DNA of 59,063 nt, taken from a virus. Taxonomy: Duplodnaviria; Caudoviricetes. The position numbers and the translations under genes are program-made. Positions 1 through 10,524 of this stretch are shown here, one piece after another (position 1 is the stretch's first letter; each line of letters opens with the position of its first letter). The stretch is from positions 1 to 59,063 of the IMG/VR virus record IMGVR_UViG_3300020401_000020; one strand, written 5' to 3'. A model generated the notes under the pieces. That model ran no database searches. It had not been told where the DNA came from and saw only the letters and a program-made list of their open reading frames with translations.

Positions 1-237
1 TTTAATACTTCCATACATCTTTGTTGGAACATTGAAAAGTTATGTAATTGTTTTGTTTCTAATACTATTGTTTGACCGTCCATATCTAAATGCCATAGTG
101 GTGGGTCAGTAAGATACTTTCTCAGACCACCAAACACAGGGTCTCTTTCAGAAGCATCAATACCAAACCTTCTTGTGACACAAATACCACTCTGACAGAA
201 GTCTACAAGTGGTGGTTGACTGCATTGATACTTGTAA
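1..237. repeat. Terminal direct repeat / circular overlap, copy 1
   Basis: 1-237 matches 58827-59063 except at 6 positions (75,114,123,132,156,189). Confidence 0.95.
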
Positions 238-1136
238 TCTGACGTTTCTAAACTCTGTATTAATGCTGTGATTTCACTGTGAGAGAGCGGTCGAGAGCAC
301 ACTTTCTTGTTAGTTTCGTGTAGTTTGTCCTTCCATTCTTCACTCTCAGGATGCACTTTTTTGAAGAACACACCATACGAAAACAAAGCAACGTTACGAC
401 AACCCTCAGGCACACCATTTAGTTTCATATGCACTAAACAAGGTGGTGCTTGGGTCCAAATATCATCAGTATCTTTTGCAATTAGTTTTCTCCTAGACTT
501 TTTGACCGGGACTATCTCATCTAATTTTTTCTCTGTAATAGATTTCTTTTCTACTGCTTCTATAAACTCATCTACTGACAAAGAGTTGGCTTCTTTGTCC
601 AAACCATATCTAGTTGTATCTTCTCCTGCAAAGTATGGCATGTTCAACCAATTACCAGTTTGTCTTTCTTTTGGTAGTTGGTCTGACCATTGATACTGTT
701 TTGGAAAAATCTCATCTCCCGTTCTACCCATAGCTGCAGCTATCTCTTCTAACTTGCTTTGTATCTTTATTGCGGGTACGGGTTCTTTAGTAAATAGAAA
801 CAAGTGCACACCGCCTGACTTAGTTGAGCAAGGTATCAATGGTAAATTCATTTCTTCTACTTGTTTTATTATGTTCTTAATATCTATGGGGTACTCATCT
901 ATATCTATGCACCCCCACTTACAATTCTCATCATCTCTAAGAGGTATAACGCCAATGGACTTATTACCCTCTAAGTGTTGTTGCCACAAATCTACTGTCA
1001 TAGGCTCTTGCACAGTTCTACCTCTGCCGTCTTTCTTAACGCCTTTTGCTGTATTTTTGGACCCTGTAATCTCATATATTCCGTATGCTCTTTCTAATCC
1101 TAAAAATATTTGATGTAGCTTCTCTGCTTGTTCCAT
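1..1136 (-). CDS. AEP-superfamily primase, N-terminal part (continues across the circular junction into 58826..58370; about 530 aa in total)
   Basis: Not in ORF track. Manual translation from ATG at 1136 (RBS AAAGGAG): MEQAEKLHQIFLGLERAYG...CKWGCIDIDEY...CSTKSGGVHLFLF, with DxD and SGGxH AEP motifs. In frame with ORF 58370..58963 through the terminal overlap. Confidence 0.75.
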   Translation of the reverse strand, partial: MEQAEKLHQIFLGLERAYGIYEITGSKNTAKGVKKDGRGRTVQEPMTVDLWQQHLEGNKSIGVIPLRDDENCKWGCIDIDEYPIDIKNIIKQVEEMNLPLIPCSTKSGGVHLFLFTKEPVPAIKIQSKLEEIAAAMGRTGDEIFPKQYQWSDQLPKERQTGNWLNMPYFAGEDTTRYGLDKEANSLSVDEFIEAVEKKSITEKKLDEIVPVKKSRRKLIAKDTDDIWTQAPPCLVHMKLNGVPEGCRNVALFSYGVFFKKVHPESEEWKDKLHETNKKVCSRPLSHSEITALIQSLETSDYKYQCSQPPLVDFCQSGICVTRRFGIDASERDPVFGGLRKYLTDPPLWHLDMDGQTIVLETKQLHNFSMFQQRCMEVL

Positions 1137-1154
1137 AACTCCTTTGATAAAGTG

Positions 1155-1189
1155 GTGCGAGAAGTTTAGATTGGCTAAACCTCTCGCAC
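1155..1189. terminator. Intergenic stem-loop between putative SSB and primase genes
   Basis: GTGCGAGA-a-GTTTAG / CTAAAC-c-TCTCGCAC inverted repeat; weak U-tract. Confidence 0.45.
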
Positions 1190-1196
1190 AGATTAA

Positions 1197-1997
1197 CTAG
1201 TAAAGACCGGTTTCTTCAGTCTTACTAGATTTATCTTCTATCGCAGCAGAACTCGAAGGACCACCAATCGAATTCATACCGCCACCTGCACAAAACTCCG
1301 CAAAGTCTTTTGCCTCATTAAACAGTTCCGCTTCTTTTTCATTCAACGGTCTGTCTTGAGAAATGTCGTAGGAATACCAAGACCCACGGTCATTAGACTC
1401 AGGTTGAGTTTTGAGACTGTACACGTGAGAGTAAGAAGGCGGGGTAAATAACCCTTTCGAACCCTCAATCTTTGTACCTTGTATCAAAGTATTAAAGTAC
1501 CTAGAGTGTTTTAACTGTGAACCAGTCATATTAATTACACACTTTGTAGGTACGCCATCAATAAGTGCAAACCCATAGTGATTAGCCGTAGTGGTAATCT
1601 GAGTTTCTCCCGAAGGAGTAATCAGTCTACCTTGACTATCACGCTGACAACGGTTGATGATGTCAGAGTTAGAGCCATGCACATTCACAAGACCACCACC
1701 TTTCTCACGTAGCTTCCATTCGACTAAGGTTTTGTCATACCATACTGGTATAAAACCAAGTCCTTCACTACCGTTTACCACGGTATTCGTACCTGAGAAA
1801 AATATATCTCCTTCCTCTGCGTCTGGCTGATACTCAGAGCTGTCTTTCTTCCTTTGTGGAGACAACGCCTGAATAATAGATATACGCGGAGTACGGAGGT
1901 CTTCGGCTTGAACTTCACCAAAACCAGTTTCAGCTACTTGTTCAAACATTGAAACAATGGAGGTACCATTGCCGTTACTTTCTTTCTTATTTGCCAT
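1197..1997 (-). CDS. Putative single-stranded DNA-binding / recombination protein
   Basis: 266 aa in replication module, PRISIIQALSPQ motif, aromatic beta-rich core, acidic C-terminal tail ending in an aromatic residue. Confidence 0.5.
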   Translation of the reverse strand: MANKKESNGNGTSIVSMFEQVAETGFGEVQAEDLRTPRISIIQALSPQRKKDSSEYQPDAEEGDIFFSGTNTVVNGSEGLGFIPVWYDKTLVEWKLREKGGGLVNVHGSNSDIINRCQRDSQGRLITPSGETQITTTANHYGFALIDGVPTKCVINMTGSQLKHSRYFNTLIQGTKIEGSKGLFTPPSYSHVYSLKTQPESNDRGSWYSYDISQDRPLNEKEAELFNEAKDFAEFCAGGGMNSIGGPSSSAAIEDKSSKTEETGLY

Positions 1998-2011
1998 TTT
2001 TTCGTTCCTCG

Positions 2012-2581
2012 TTATTTGACAATTTTAGTTCGTTTGCCCTCATAGATAGAGAACAATTCTCTAGCTTTTTGGTCAAACACCTGATTAGCACCTTCAATTT
2101 GCTCTCTTGCAAAAGCTTTCAAGGTACTAGGATGAACGCTCTCTTTTTGCTCAGCGTCTAAGCCTTGCTCAAATAGTTCGGTCATCACTTTTTTTGCACG
2201 GTCATCTTCACCGCGACCAAAAGAAACAGACACGACGTTCTTTATAATATCGCCGTGACCATTATCTCGTAGCCATTGGTGAGCATCATCAGTCTTCTCA
2301 GCTGTGATACGTGCGGCGTAAAAAGGTTCAGCGGATATACGAGAGCCGTCAGCAAGTTTGATGTCTAGGACACCAAACTCTTCCAATTTACTAGGTATTA
2401 TCTGTTCAGATAATTCTTTCTCTTTTTGCTTTAGAGTTTTTAACTCTTGCTCTTTGGAACCTATCTTGCCTTGCAAGACTAAAAGTTCCTGACATAAATT
2501 AGATATGTCTTTTACATTACCGTCAGTAAGACTTTCTACTTTTCTTTCTGACGCTTCTTCAAATAAAGTTTCTATGGACAT
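2012..2581 (-). CDS. Conserved phage replication-region protein
   Basis: 189-aa ORF, coiled-coil N-terminus, co-oriented with SSB-like gene. Confidence 0.7.
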   Translation of the reverse strand: MSIETLFEEASERKVESLTDGNVKDISNLCQELLVLQGKIGSKEQELKTLKQKEKELSEQIIPSKLEEFGVLDIKLADGSRISAEPFYAARITAEKTDDAHQWLRDNGHGDIIKNVVSVSFGRGEDDRAKKVMTELFEQGLDAEQKESVHPSTLKAFAREQIEGANQVFDQKARELFSIYEGKRTKIVK

Positions 2582-2582
2582 G

Positions 2583-2876
2583 TTATTTCCTCTTAAATGG
2601 TATTACGTTAGTCGGTTTATTATCATCAAGTTTCTTCTGTAGTTTTTCGTCAGGTTGAAAAACTACTTCTGTAGTGTCTTCGACACTGACAACTTGAATA
2701 GGATTGAAGAGAAACTTCTCGGGCATGTGGTAATACACATACTCAAGAGCATCATTTAAGGTTGGGAATCCGCCTACGATTTGTGTGACTCTGTTTAACT
2801 TGTAAAATACAATGTGTTCGTTATCGAGAGCTTCTACGTGGACCTGAATTATTTCTCCTTTCTTCATCTTGTGCAC
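2583..2876 (-). CDS. Hypothetical protein
   Basis: 97-aa ORF abutting next gene; start uncertain. Confidence 0.6.
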   Translation of the reverse strand: MHKMKKGEIIQVHVEALDNEHIVFYKLNRVTQIVGGFPTLNDALEYVYYHMPEKFLFNPIQVVSVEDTTEVVFQPDEKLQKKLDDNKPTNVIPFKRK

Positions 2877-2912
2877 ATTCTATTACTATTCTATAATATG
2901 AGTCAAGACAAA
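2869..2912. promoter_or_regulatory. Overlapping divergent sigma70-like promoters
   Basis: + strand TTGTGC-17-TATAAT (2869-2897); - strand TTGACT-18-TAGAAT; lies at a strand switch. Confidence 0.5.
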
Positions 2913-2946
2913 TTATAAAATATTTTAACAACGAAGGAGAAATCTT

Positions 2947-4395
2947 ATGAATATCGAAGAATATAATTTTAAAACAGAACCTTACCAACATCAAATAGAC
3001 ACATTAAAGCTAAGTGCAAATGAAAATTTGTATGCTTTGTTTTTGGAGATGGGTTTAGGTAAGTCAAAAATACTACTTGATAATATTGCCATTCTTTTTA
3101 AAGAAGAAAAAATTTCTGGTGCCGTTATTGTAGCACCAAAAGGTGTATTAGATAACTGGGGACGTAATGAGATAGATAAACATTTACCTGATGACGTAGA
3201 AAGAGAGGTCCTAGTATGGCAACCGAACCACACACAACGGTGGACCAAGGACTTCAAAAGAATGGTAGAAGAAGATAGCACGGGTAAATTAAATATCTTT
3301 CTTATAAATGTAGAAGCACTAGCTACAGATAAAGGTTGCAAACATGTAGAACACTTTATGGTTACACATGACACCATGCTAGTTATAGATGAGTCCACAA
3401 CTATAAAAAATCCAAAAGCCAAACGTACTAAAAACTTAATTAAGTTGGCACCCCTAGCAGACTACAGAAGAATACTTACAGGTTTCCCAATAACAAAAGC
3501 ACCACTAGACCTTTACTCACAATGTTTTTTCTTAAGCCCAGAACTTTTGGGCTACAGTAGTTTCTATGCGTTTCAAGCAAGATATGCAATAACGCAAAGA
3601 AAAAGATTAGGCTCACATAGTTTTGACCATGTCATAGGTTATCAACGTCTAGATGAGCTACAAGACCAACTAAAAAACTTTTCTATTAGATTTAGGAAAG
3701 AAGACTGTCTTGATTTGCCAGAGAAGGTGTATACCAAAAGGTATGTAGATTTATCTGACGAACAACTAAAAGCTTACGTACAAATGAAACAAAGAGCTAT
3801 CATGGAGATAGAAGGTACAACTTTCTCTTCTGTTAATGCACTGACTCAACTGATGAGACTACAACAGGTTGTTGCTGGTAGTCTGAGAGATGATGATGGT
3901 CAGGTAATACATCTGAAAAATAATCGACTACAGGCGGTATTGGATATACTGGAAGAGACGGATGGTAAGGTTGTGATATTTGCAGTATTCCAGACAGACA
4001 TAGAAAGATTACAGGCAGAAATAGCAAGAAAACACGGAATAGAATCAGTAGCGACATATTATGGTCAAACTCCTCAAAATGAACGTCAAAATATAATTTC
4101 ACGCTTTCAGGACCCGGAAAGCGATTTAAAGTATTTTATATCAAATCCTCATACTGGTGGTAGAGGTATTACACTTACAGAAGCAAAAGTTCTAATCTTT
4201 TATTCAAACAGTTATGACTTAGAGTTAAGAATACAAGCAGAAGACAGAATACACCGTATAGGTCAAAACCACAGTTGTACTTACATAGATTTAGTATCTA
4301 AAAATACTGTTGATGAAAAAATACTTGACTCTCTTTTAAAAAAAGTAGACATCAGTAATCAAATACTCGGAGAAGTTCGCCAATGGTTTGAATAG
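2947..4395 (+). CDS. SNF2-family (SF2) helicase
   Basis: Motif I LEMGLGKS, motif II VIDES, LTGFP, GGRGITL, QAEDRIHRIGQ; RBS AAGGAG. Confidence 0.92.
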   Translation: MNIEEYNFKTEPYQHQIDTLKLSANENLYALFLEMGLGKSKILLDNIAILFKEEKISGAVIVAPKGVLDNWGRNEIDKHLPDDVEREVLVWQPNHTQRWTKDFKRMVEEDSTGKLNIFLINVEALATDKGCKHVEHFMVTHDTMLVIDESTTIKNPKAKRTKNLIKLAPLADYRRILTGFPITKAPLDLYSQCFFLSPELLGYSSFYAFQARYAITQRKRLGSHSFDHVIGYQRLDELQDQLKNFSIRFRKEDCLDLPEKVYTKRYVDLSDEQLKAYVQMKQRAIMEIEGTTFSSVNALTQLMRLQQVVAGSLRDDDGQVIHLKNNRLQAVLDILEETDGKVVIFAVFQTDIERLQAEIARKHGIESVATYYGQTPQNERQNIISRFQDPESDLKYFISNPHTGGRGITLTEAKVLIFYSNSYDLELRIQAEDRIHRIGQNHSCTYIDLVSKNTVDEKILDSLLKKVDISNQILGEVRQWFE

Positions 4396-4410
4396 ATGTA
4401 TAATTAAATC

Positions 4411-4689
4411 ATGGCACTTAAACCAGATGAAATACTAGCTGAGTTTGGTGTGAATGATAAAGTTGCATCTGCCATAGAAAAGACCAAGCCTGTTCTAAAT
4501 GAAGTAAGAACTGAAACTGGAGCGGAAGCTTGGGATATGGTCACAGTATTACTTGTTCATTTAGCATCACTACACTCTTCGGAAAGACTAGACAAAGACG
4601 TTATTATTACTATGTTGTGGTACATGATGTTGCAGAACGAAGATATGCTAGATTCTTTTTTAGATAAAAAAGCAGAATTATTACACTAA
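4411..4689 (+). CDS. Hypothetical protein
   Basis: 92-aa ORF; stop overlaps next start (TAATG). Confidence 0.65.
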   Translation: MALKPDEILAEFGVNDKVASAIEKTKPVLNEVRTETGAEAWDMVTVLLVHLASLHSSERLDKDVIITMLWYMMLQNEDMLDSFLDKKAELLH

Positions 4690-7600
4690 TGGTAGATGAA
4701 GTAGAAGAAAAGTCGGCTATTGACAACGACGACATTTTAACTAGGTTTGGCAAAGCTTTACAGTTTGGTCTAGACCAACCGCTTGAAAGAATAGCAGATA
4801 CTTTCAAGTCATTTGGTTTTAACGACACCGAAAAATTTCTTAGAGATTTAACAGAAGAGCCCGAAAACTATATCTCCGCTGCAGAAAAATTTATGCAGGG
4901 TAATGGCATAAATTATGGTTGGGAGTATTTACCTAGAGCTGTTGTAGAACAGTTAGGAAGTTTAGCTGGAAATGTTGCTACCAGAGTAGCAGGAGCTGGT
5001 GTTGGAGCAGCTGTAGCTGGTCCTATTGGAGCAGGTGTAGGAGCTTTTGCCGCTCCAGTTTTATTTGAAGCATTGCAAATACTTGGACCAACTGCTTATG
5101 AAAGAGCTAGAAATGAAGGTAGAGAAGAGCCTACTTTAGAAGATTGGAAAGCAATAGCACCTACAACTGCTATTAGTTCTCTTTTAGGTTCTCTTGGTGC
5201 ACAAAACATTGCGAGACTAAACAGCGTATCTAAGTTTGGTATCCCCGGAAACATGAGCAGGACTACTAGAGGAGTTTTAGAAGAAGGTCTTACAGAGGGT
5301 GCTCAATCTCTTGTAGAACAAACAGGAACTACAGCATTTACTAAAAATGGTTTTGAGGTAAATTTAAGAGATGCTTTGGGTGAAGGTATTATTGGAGCAG
5401 GTACTGGTGGGGGTATTAATGCAGTTTTTGATGTTGCTGGGGGTTTAAGTAAATTTAAGAACTTCGAACCACAAGATGCTCAATTTAAAGATGAAAACAT
5501 AGATATTACTGGGATAAAGCTGATAAAAGGTCAACCAAAATATGAAGATTTGAAAAGACAGAAAAATGTTTTTAGAGGTAGTGGAGTAGATTATGATGTT
5601 AGTAGAACTGACACAGAGTCTCCAATAGATTATCTAAATAGGTTAGATAGAGAATTAGGTTTAGGGGGCGGTAACTTAACTAGAGAAGACCTAATCCCAA
5701 CCACCCCAGCACAACTAGCCTTTAACTTAGGTTTAATTACTAATGTAAATCCTTTTGAAAATCCATTAGAAAGTTTATCAAATGAACAACAAGAATCTCT
5801 TAACAATGCTCTTGATGAACAGTACGCTAATAATAAAGTTGTTAAAATTATTGATGCCATTGAAGACTTAAATTATTTACGCGGTTATCAACGAGCAACA
5901 ATTGCTACAGCAATACAAAGTGCTATTGAAGAAGCCCAAGAAATTGCTAGTCTTTATCCTAATTTAGATATAACTCAAGCTTTACCAACAGGAGCAAGAG
6001 CAGGTAAGGAAATTTTGTCAACGGGAGATATAAATGCTTTAAGAGACTTGCCCCCGGTAACAAACATAACTAACAGTGAAGAGTACCGTGAACTTCGAAG
6101 GACTCTAGATAAAAACGAAAATTTAACTCCAATAGAAACACAACTTATATTAGCAAAACAAACTTGGGCTAAAGACAAAAGTTATAGTGGTTTAGAGCTA
6201 GATTTAAATTTAACTTATTACGAAGATAAAACAGGACAGAGGTATCAAAGAACTCCAGATGAACAAGCAGTAGTTATTCAAGGACTTAATGATTATTTTA
6301 ATTACAGTTTTTTAACAGATAAGTATAGCCCAGAAACCGGAAGTCGAAATTTAGGTTTAGTTTTAAATTCAGAATATGATATGGATAATCCAGACAATCT
6401 TGATGTTGAAAGAAGACTTACGCCGGTAATGAATAAAGTTCTTAAAAAATACGTTGACAGAGGTACAGCAGAACTAGAGTTTAATAGAATAATAAACACT
6501 TTCCCGATAGCAACTACTTTTACAAATAACTATGCAGACCTAGATTTTAGAAGACAAGAATTAGGTTCTAAAGCAAAAGACTTTATAACGCAGTTAAATG
6601 ATTATTTTGGAAACTTGATTATAACTGAGAATATTGAAGATGCTGGATACGGCAGTGACGTAGAAACAGCGAGAGTCAAAAGACTAAGTGACTATCCTGA
6701 ATTTGAAAGTCTAGGAGGTTTTTTCAATAAGCCATTAGTAAAAAAACTAAGAAAAATTTTTAAAGATAATAAAGAAAACCAAGAACTTATAGCTCAAATT
6801 TATACAGAAACTTTTAATCCACTTGCTGACCAAACATTTATGCGTTACACAATGGACATGAAAACACTGCAAGGAGTATTTAATGATATGACTACAGGAA
6901 TTAATACTTATAAGTTTTTAAACGACAGAGTAAATTATTTTTCTCTTCCCTCTGAACCTGATGGCACATCTTTCAATAAGCTACAAGAAGCTCTAAGACA
7001 AGAAGTTATAGATGCTTTTGATAATTATGTTACTAATCCAGCTATAAGAGAATCTGCGGAAAAAATCATAACTGATAATTTTAGCAAAGCTAAATATTTT
7101 AGAACCAGAAAAGAAATTCAAAGAGACTTTGATGAGGCTTTTATCCGTAGTTATGTTGATGACCAAGAAATAGTGGATATTGTAAATACCGAACTTAACG
7201 AAATAATAGATAGTGCTCTACAAGAAGTAGGTACAACAAACCCCGGACTTGCTCAAGAACTACGAGATAAAACAAATCAAGTTTTAAATGATGAAGACCT
7301 TAATGTATTAGACGGAATAACGAATAGCGTAAAATACAACACTAAATCGTATATGGAAGAACACCCGGCTGAGTTTAGAGGTAGTGCAGAAGATGGTCCA
7401 GTGCCTCCAGACCAAGTTAAAGAAAGAATAGTAGCACAAGTGCAAAATAATGTTTCAAGTTCACGTGCTTTTACTCAAAACTTTGGCTTTTTAACCAACG
7501 CTATAAAACAATTAGCTTTAAAAGAAAGATATGAGCCCAATGCGGCAGTAAAAATAGGTAGAAACCAAGACGTATCTAAACCTGACTATTGGGAGTTTTT

Positions 7601-10349
7601 AGAAAGAACTTCTCCGGAACTATTTCAAGTAGTGGATAGATTAGGTCTTCAAGAATATGGTGATGTAATGGCAGAAGTTGCCATAAAAGAAGCTGGTAAT
7701 AGACCTTTTGCTACACCTGTCAATCCAGTATTTATGTCTACTTACTTTATAAATGAGAACATACAAAAGCTAGTTCCCGGTAGACCTTACGATTCTAAAG
7801 AGATGCTTAAATTTTTAGTAACTCCACACAAGCAAGAAAAACCAATCTACCCAACAGATTCAGGCGGTAAAGAAATTCCAATACTAGGAAGAGATGGACA
7901 ACCAATACTTGATGAACAAGGTCAACCAAGAACTAAAGTACAAAGAAAATCTGAAGATAGGTCATTGACTGCCAGAGAGTTATTTGGAGCTAATAACAAC
8001 CCAGACATTAACCAAGATTTTTATAACGAAGCAAGGAAAGAAATTGTAGACACAAACATAGCTAATCTTTTAATTCAAAGAGCTGCAGATAATAGACCAG
8101 TAACTAAAGAAGAGCTAGAGCTTCTTTTAAATAATGATGCAAATAAAACTTTAATGACAGTATCTAGAGCCTCAACAGGTCCACGTAATATTAGTGCGGG
8201 AATGTTATATGAAATAGGTCACAACGTAGACGGTGAATTAGCTGACTTAGCTGATGATTATTACACAATACATTTGTTTAACGATTACGCAAAAAGTAAA
8301 AATGAAACAATAAAACAAATGTCAATGAATGATAGTTATGACCTTGGCAGAATGAATGATAAATATGCTGATAAATCTCAAGATGGAGCCAATAGAAATC
8401 AGTACAAAATGGGAGGGCACCCTCCGGGTAGATTTTGGTCAAGGCATTATCAAATAGTAGCTAACGTTGGTGAGTTAATGTTAAGGGACTACCGAACTCA
8501 ACAACCAATAGATGATGTAACTGGTGTCAAAACTTTAAATGAATCTCAAAATGATTCTGAATATTTTAGAGGTGAAAACGTCACCAGACTAACAGAAGCC
8601 ACTTTTCCAATAATGATAGATAAAGTAAAAGAAAGTCTTAAAAAACTGTTGCCAAATGAATCTCCTGCAGACATAGACGAAATTGTTGATGGAATAAATT
8701 CACAACGAGCAGGGATAGAGGAATACAGAGATGCAGATGCTCAATTTGAAAGCTACGTAATTGAAAAGTTTCGAGAGAAACGTGGTATGGGAGCTTCTGC
8801 ACCAACACCAGAGCAGAAAATAGTTCTTAGAGAAATAGATACATTTTTAGATGATGTAATTGATGTCGCTCATCTGGGTCAAGTATATGGTGATGTCGAC
8901 CCAGATGGAATTAGAACTAATATGGATAAATTAAATAATTTCTTAGATTCTTCACAGATGTCTGCTTTTAATGGAGTTTTTCCAAATGCACATGAGCTTT
9001 CTGATGAAGCTATAAATAATAGGGTGGTAGGTTCCAGACCTTTAGGAAGCCCTGATAACTATACAGGTCAGACTGACCTAGGAGCGTCAAATCTTTTACA
9101 TACGCGTATTTCTAGAAGCAAGTCTATAAACGATTTAATGAATATGTATGGAGCAGCTTTAACTTTGTCTCCAGATAATTTAAAAGGATTAAGAGAAATA
9201 ATTGGTGCTGTGGCAGTTCTGGACACTACAGAAGATATTAGTTCGTCTAAATATATTGACTACAATTTTGTGGAAAATATTTATAGTTGGTTAACTAATG
9301 ACCTTAATTTTACGGGTAACAGTTTAAGTTTTGAAAAAACAAACAACTCAGCTATTAAAAACTTTTTCTTTCATGCAATGATTTTAGATACTATACAAGG
9401 CAATCGACCTTTATTAAGAGAAGATGCAGATGATTTTCTCAAAAGAATAAACAGAGAAAAAGATTTACCACCTTATAAATTTTTAAAATCTGTACTGCCT
9501 AGCCCAGAATTAAATAGAGACAATCCGAAAGAAGTGGCAAAAGAAGCAAAAAGAATATGGGGTAACTGGGTCAAAGCGGTTAAAGATTTTGAAAATTATA
9601 CTCCTGCAATACCATTAATAGCAGCTTTAAAAAACGACCCTTTTTACAAAGCTATAACTAAAGCAGATGAATTAGACCAAATGGACGAAACGTTTGATGA
9701 CGTTAAGGAAATTGTTAGTAACACGACAAAATCTACTTTTGAAACTCCTTACGTGGGTATTGGACAAAATGAATTTGGTTCAACACCAATGAGAGAAGGT
9801 TTGGGTCAGTCTTATACTAAAAAATCTGTGCGTATGATGTTAAAAGAAGCCATTGAACTTGGTGACCCGAATGTATCTCACATTTTAGTACCAACTAGAT
9901 ATGTAAATGAAAAGTATGGACAGAAACATGGAGCACATGAAAACTTTGACAGAGCTAGAAATGAGCTGCAAAACATAGCAGAGCAAAATGGCGTGGAGTT
10001 ACAAATAGTTAATTATGGTGAGGGTGTTCCTGACAATACAGCCAACCCTACTGAAAACCAGATTGAGTCAGTAGCTGAAAATTATCACCGTAGTATAAAA
10101 GAAGATTTAATAAATCGTTTTAAAGAGTCTAACTTAGAATATAACATAGCAAAAAACAATCTTGAAGGTATAAGAACTGCTTATCTCTTGCCTTTAGAAC
10201 CATTTAGAGTTAGAGATGACAGCACACCTTCTGGTTTTAAAATGAAAACTGTGTTTAGAGGAATGAAACTCGGTGGTTTCGTAGGTAAAGGTATAGTAGG
10301 ATTAAGAGATGAAATATACAACTCGCCACTATCAAAATATGTTACGTAA
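4689..10349 (+). CDS. Giant (1886 aa) internal-virion / polyvalent-like protein
   Basis: Long ORF; Gly/Ala-rich hydrophobic N-terminus similar to 48546..53954; C-terminal MKLGGFV motif. Confidence 0.7.
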   Translation: MVDEVEEKSAIDNDDILTRFGKALQFGLDQPLERIADTFKSFGFNDTEKFLRDLTEEPENYISAAEKFMQGNGINYGWEYLPRAVVEQLGSLAGNVATRVAGAGVGAAVAGPIGAGVGAFAAPVLFEALQILGPTAYERARNEGREEPTLEDWKAIAPTTAISSLLGSLGAQNIARLNSVSKFGIPGNMSRTTRGVLEEGLTEGAQSLVEQTGTTAFTKNGFEVNLRDALGEGIIGAGTGGGINAVFDVAGGLSKFKNFEPQDAQFKDENIDITGIKLIKGQPKYEDLKRQKNVFRGSGVDYDVSRTDTESPIDYLNRLDRELGLGGGNLTREDLIPTTPAQLAFNLGLITNVNPFENPLESLSNEQQESLNNALDEQYANNKVVKIIDAIEDLNYLRGYQRATIATAIQSAIEEAQEIASLYPNLDITQALPTGARAGKEILSTGDINALRDLPPVTNITNSEEYRELRRTLDKNENLTPIETQLILAKQTWAKDKSYSGLELDLNLTYYEDKTGQRYQRTPDEQAVVIQGLNDYFNYSFLTDKYSPETGSRNLGLVLNSEYDMDNPDNLDVERRLTPVMNKVLKKYVDRGTAELEFNRIINTFPIATTFTNNYADLDFRRQELGSKAKDFITQLNDYFGNLIITENIEDAGYGSDVETARVKRLSDYPEFESLGGFFNKPLVKKLRKIFKDNKENQELIAQIYTETFNPLADQTFMRYTMDMKTLQGVFNDMTTGINTYKFLNDRVNYFSLPSEPDGTSFNKLQEALRQEVIDAFDNYVTNPAIRESAEKIITDNFSKAKYFRTRKEIQRDFDEAFIRSYVDDQEIVDIVNTELNEIIDSALQEVGTTNPGLAQELRDKTNQVLNDEDLNVLDGITNSVKYNTKSYMEEHPAEFRGSAEDGPVPPDQVKERIVAQVQNNVSSSRAFTQNFGFLTNAIKQLALKERYEPNAAVKIGRNQDVSKPDYWEFLERTSPELFQVVDRLGLQEYGDVMAEVAIKEAGNRPFATPVNPVFMSTYFINENIQKLVPGRPYDSKEMLKFLVTPHKQEKPIYPTDSGGKEIPILGRDGQPILDEQGQPRTKVQRKSEDRSLTARELFGANNNPDINQDFYNEARKEIVDTNIANLLIQRAADNRPVTKEELELLLNNDANKTLMTVSRASTGPRNISAGMLYEIGHNVDGELADLADDYYTIHLFNDYAKSKNETIKQMSMNDSYDLGRMNDKYADKSQDGANRNQYKMGGHPPGRFWSRHYQIVANVGELMLRDYRTQQPIDDVTGVKTLNESQNDSEYFRGENVTRLTEATFPIMIDKVKESLKKLLPNESPADIDEIVDGINSQRAGIEEYRDADAQFESYVIEKFREKRGMGASAPTPEQKIVLREIDTFLDDVIDVAHLGQVYGDVDPDGIRTNMDKLNNFLDSSQMSAFNGVFPNAHELSDEAINNRVVGSRPLGSPDNYTGQTDLGASNLLHTRISRSKSINDLMNMYGAALTLSPDNLKGLREIIGAVAVLDTTEDISSSKYIDYNFVENIYSWLTNDLNFTGNSLSFEKTNNSAIKNFFFHAMILDTIQGNRPLLREDADDFLKRINREKDLPPYKFLKSVLPSPELNRDNPKEVAKEAKRIWGNWVKAVKDFENYTPAIPLIAALKNDPFYKAITKADELDQMDETFDDVKEIVSNTTKSTFETPYVGIGQNEFGSTPMREGLGQSYTKKSVRMMLKEAIELGDPNVSHILVPTRYVNEKYGQKHGAHENFDRARNELQNIAEQNGVELQIVNYGEGVPDNTANPTENQIESVAENYHRSIKEDLINRFKESNLEYNIAKNNLEGIRTAYLLPLEPFRVRDDSTPSGFKMKTVFRGMKLGGFVGKGIVGLRDEIYNSPLSKYVT

Positions 10350-10524
10350 AGTCAATGAGTTTGACGTAGAAGTCTACTGCACAGAGAACCCGGAAGAAGA
10401 TGTAGTAGAAATGCGTAATGCCAAAAAAAGAGCAATCTTGCAATTATCTGCTACAATAAACGCTAAACGAATAATAAATAAACTGGTACAGACATGGCAC
10501 AAACCGCAGACCAAACAGGCATAG
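10339..10524 (+). CDS. Hypothetical protein
   Basis: MLRKVNEFDVEVYC... fills the gap between flanking genes; ATG at 10339 is in frame with ORF 10309..10524. Confidence 0.55.
   Translation: MLRKVNEFDVEVYCTENPEEDVVEMRNAKKRAILQLSATINAKRIINKLVQTWHKPQTKQA

Noticed and set aside
307-1113. + strand ORFs 307..693 and 754..1113
   Set aside because: Antisense shadows of the primase gene.
4689-10349. Virion RNA polymerase (N4- or crAss-like)
   Set aside because: No DxDGD or T7-type motif A/B/C recognised; needs a structure search.
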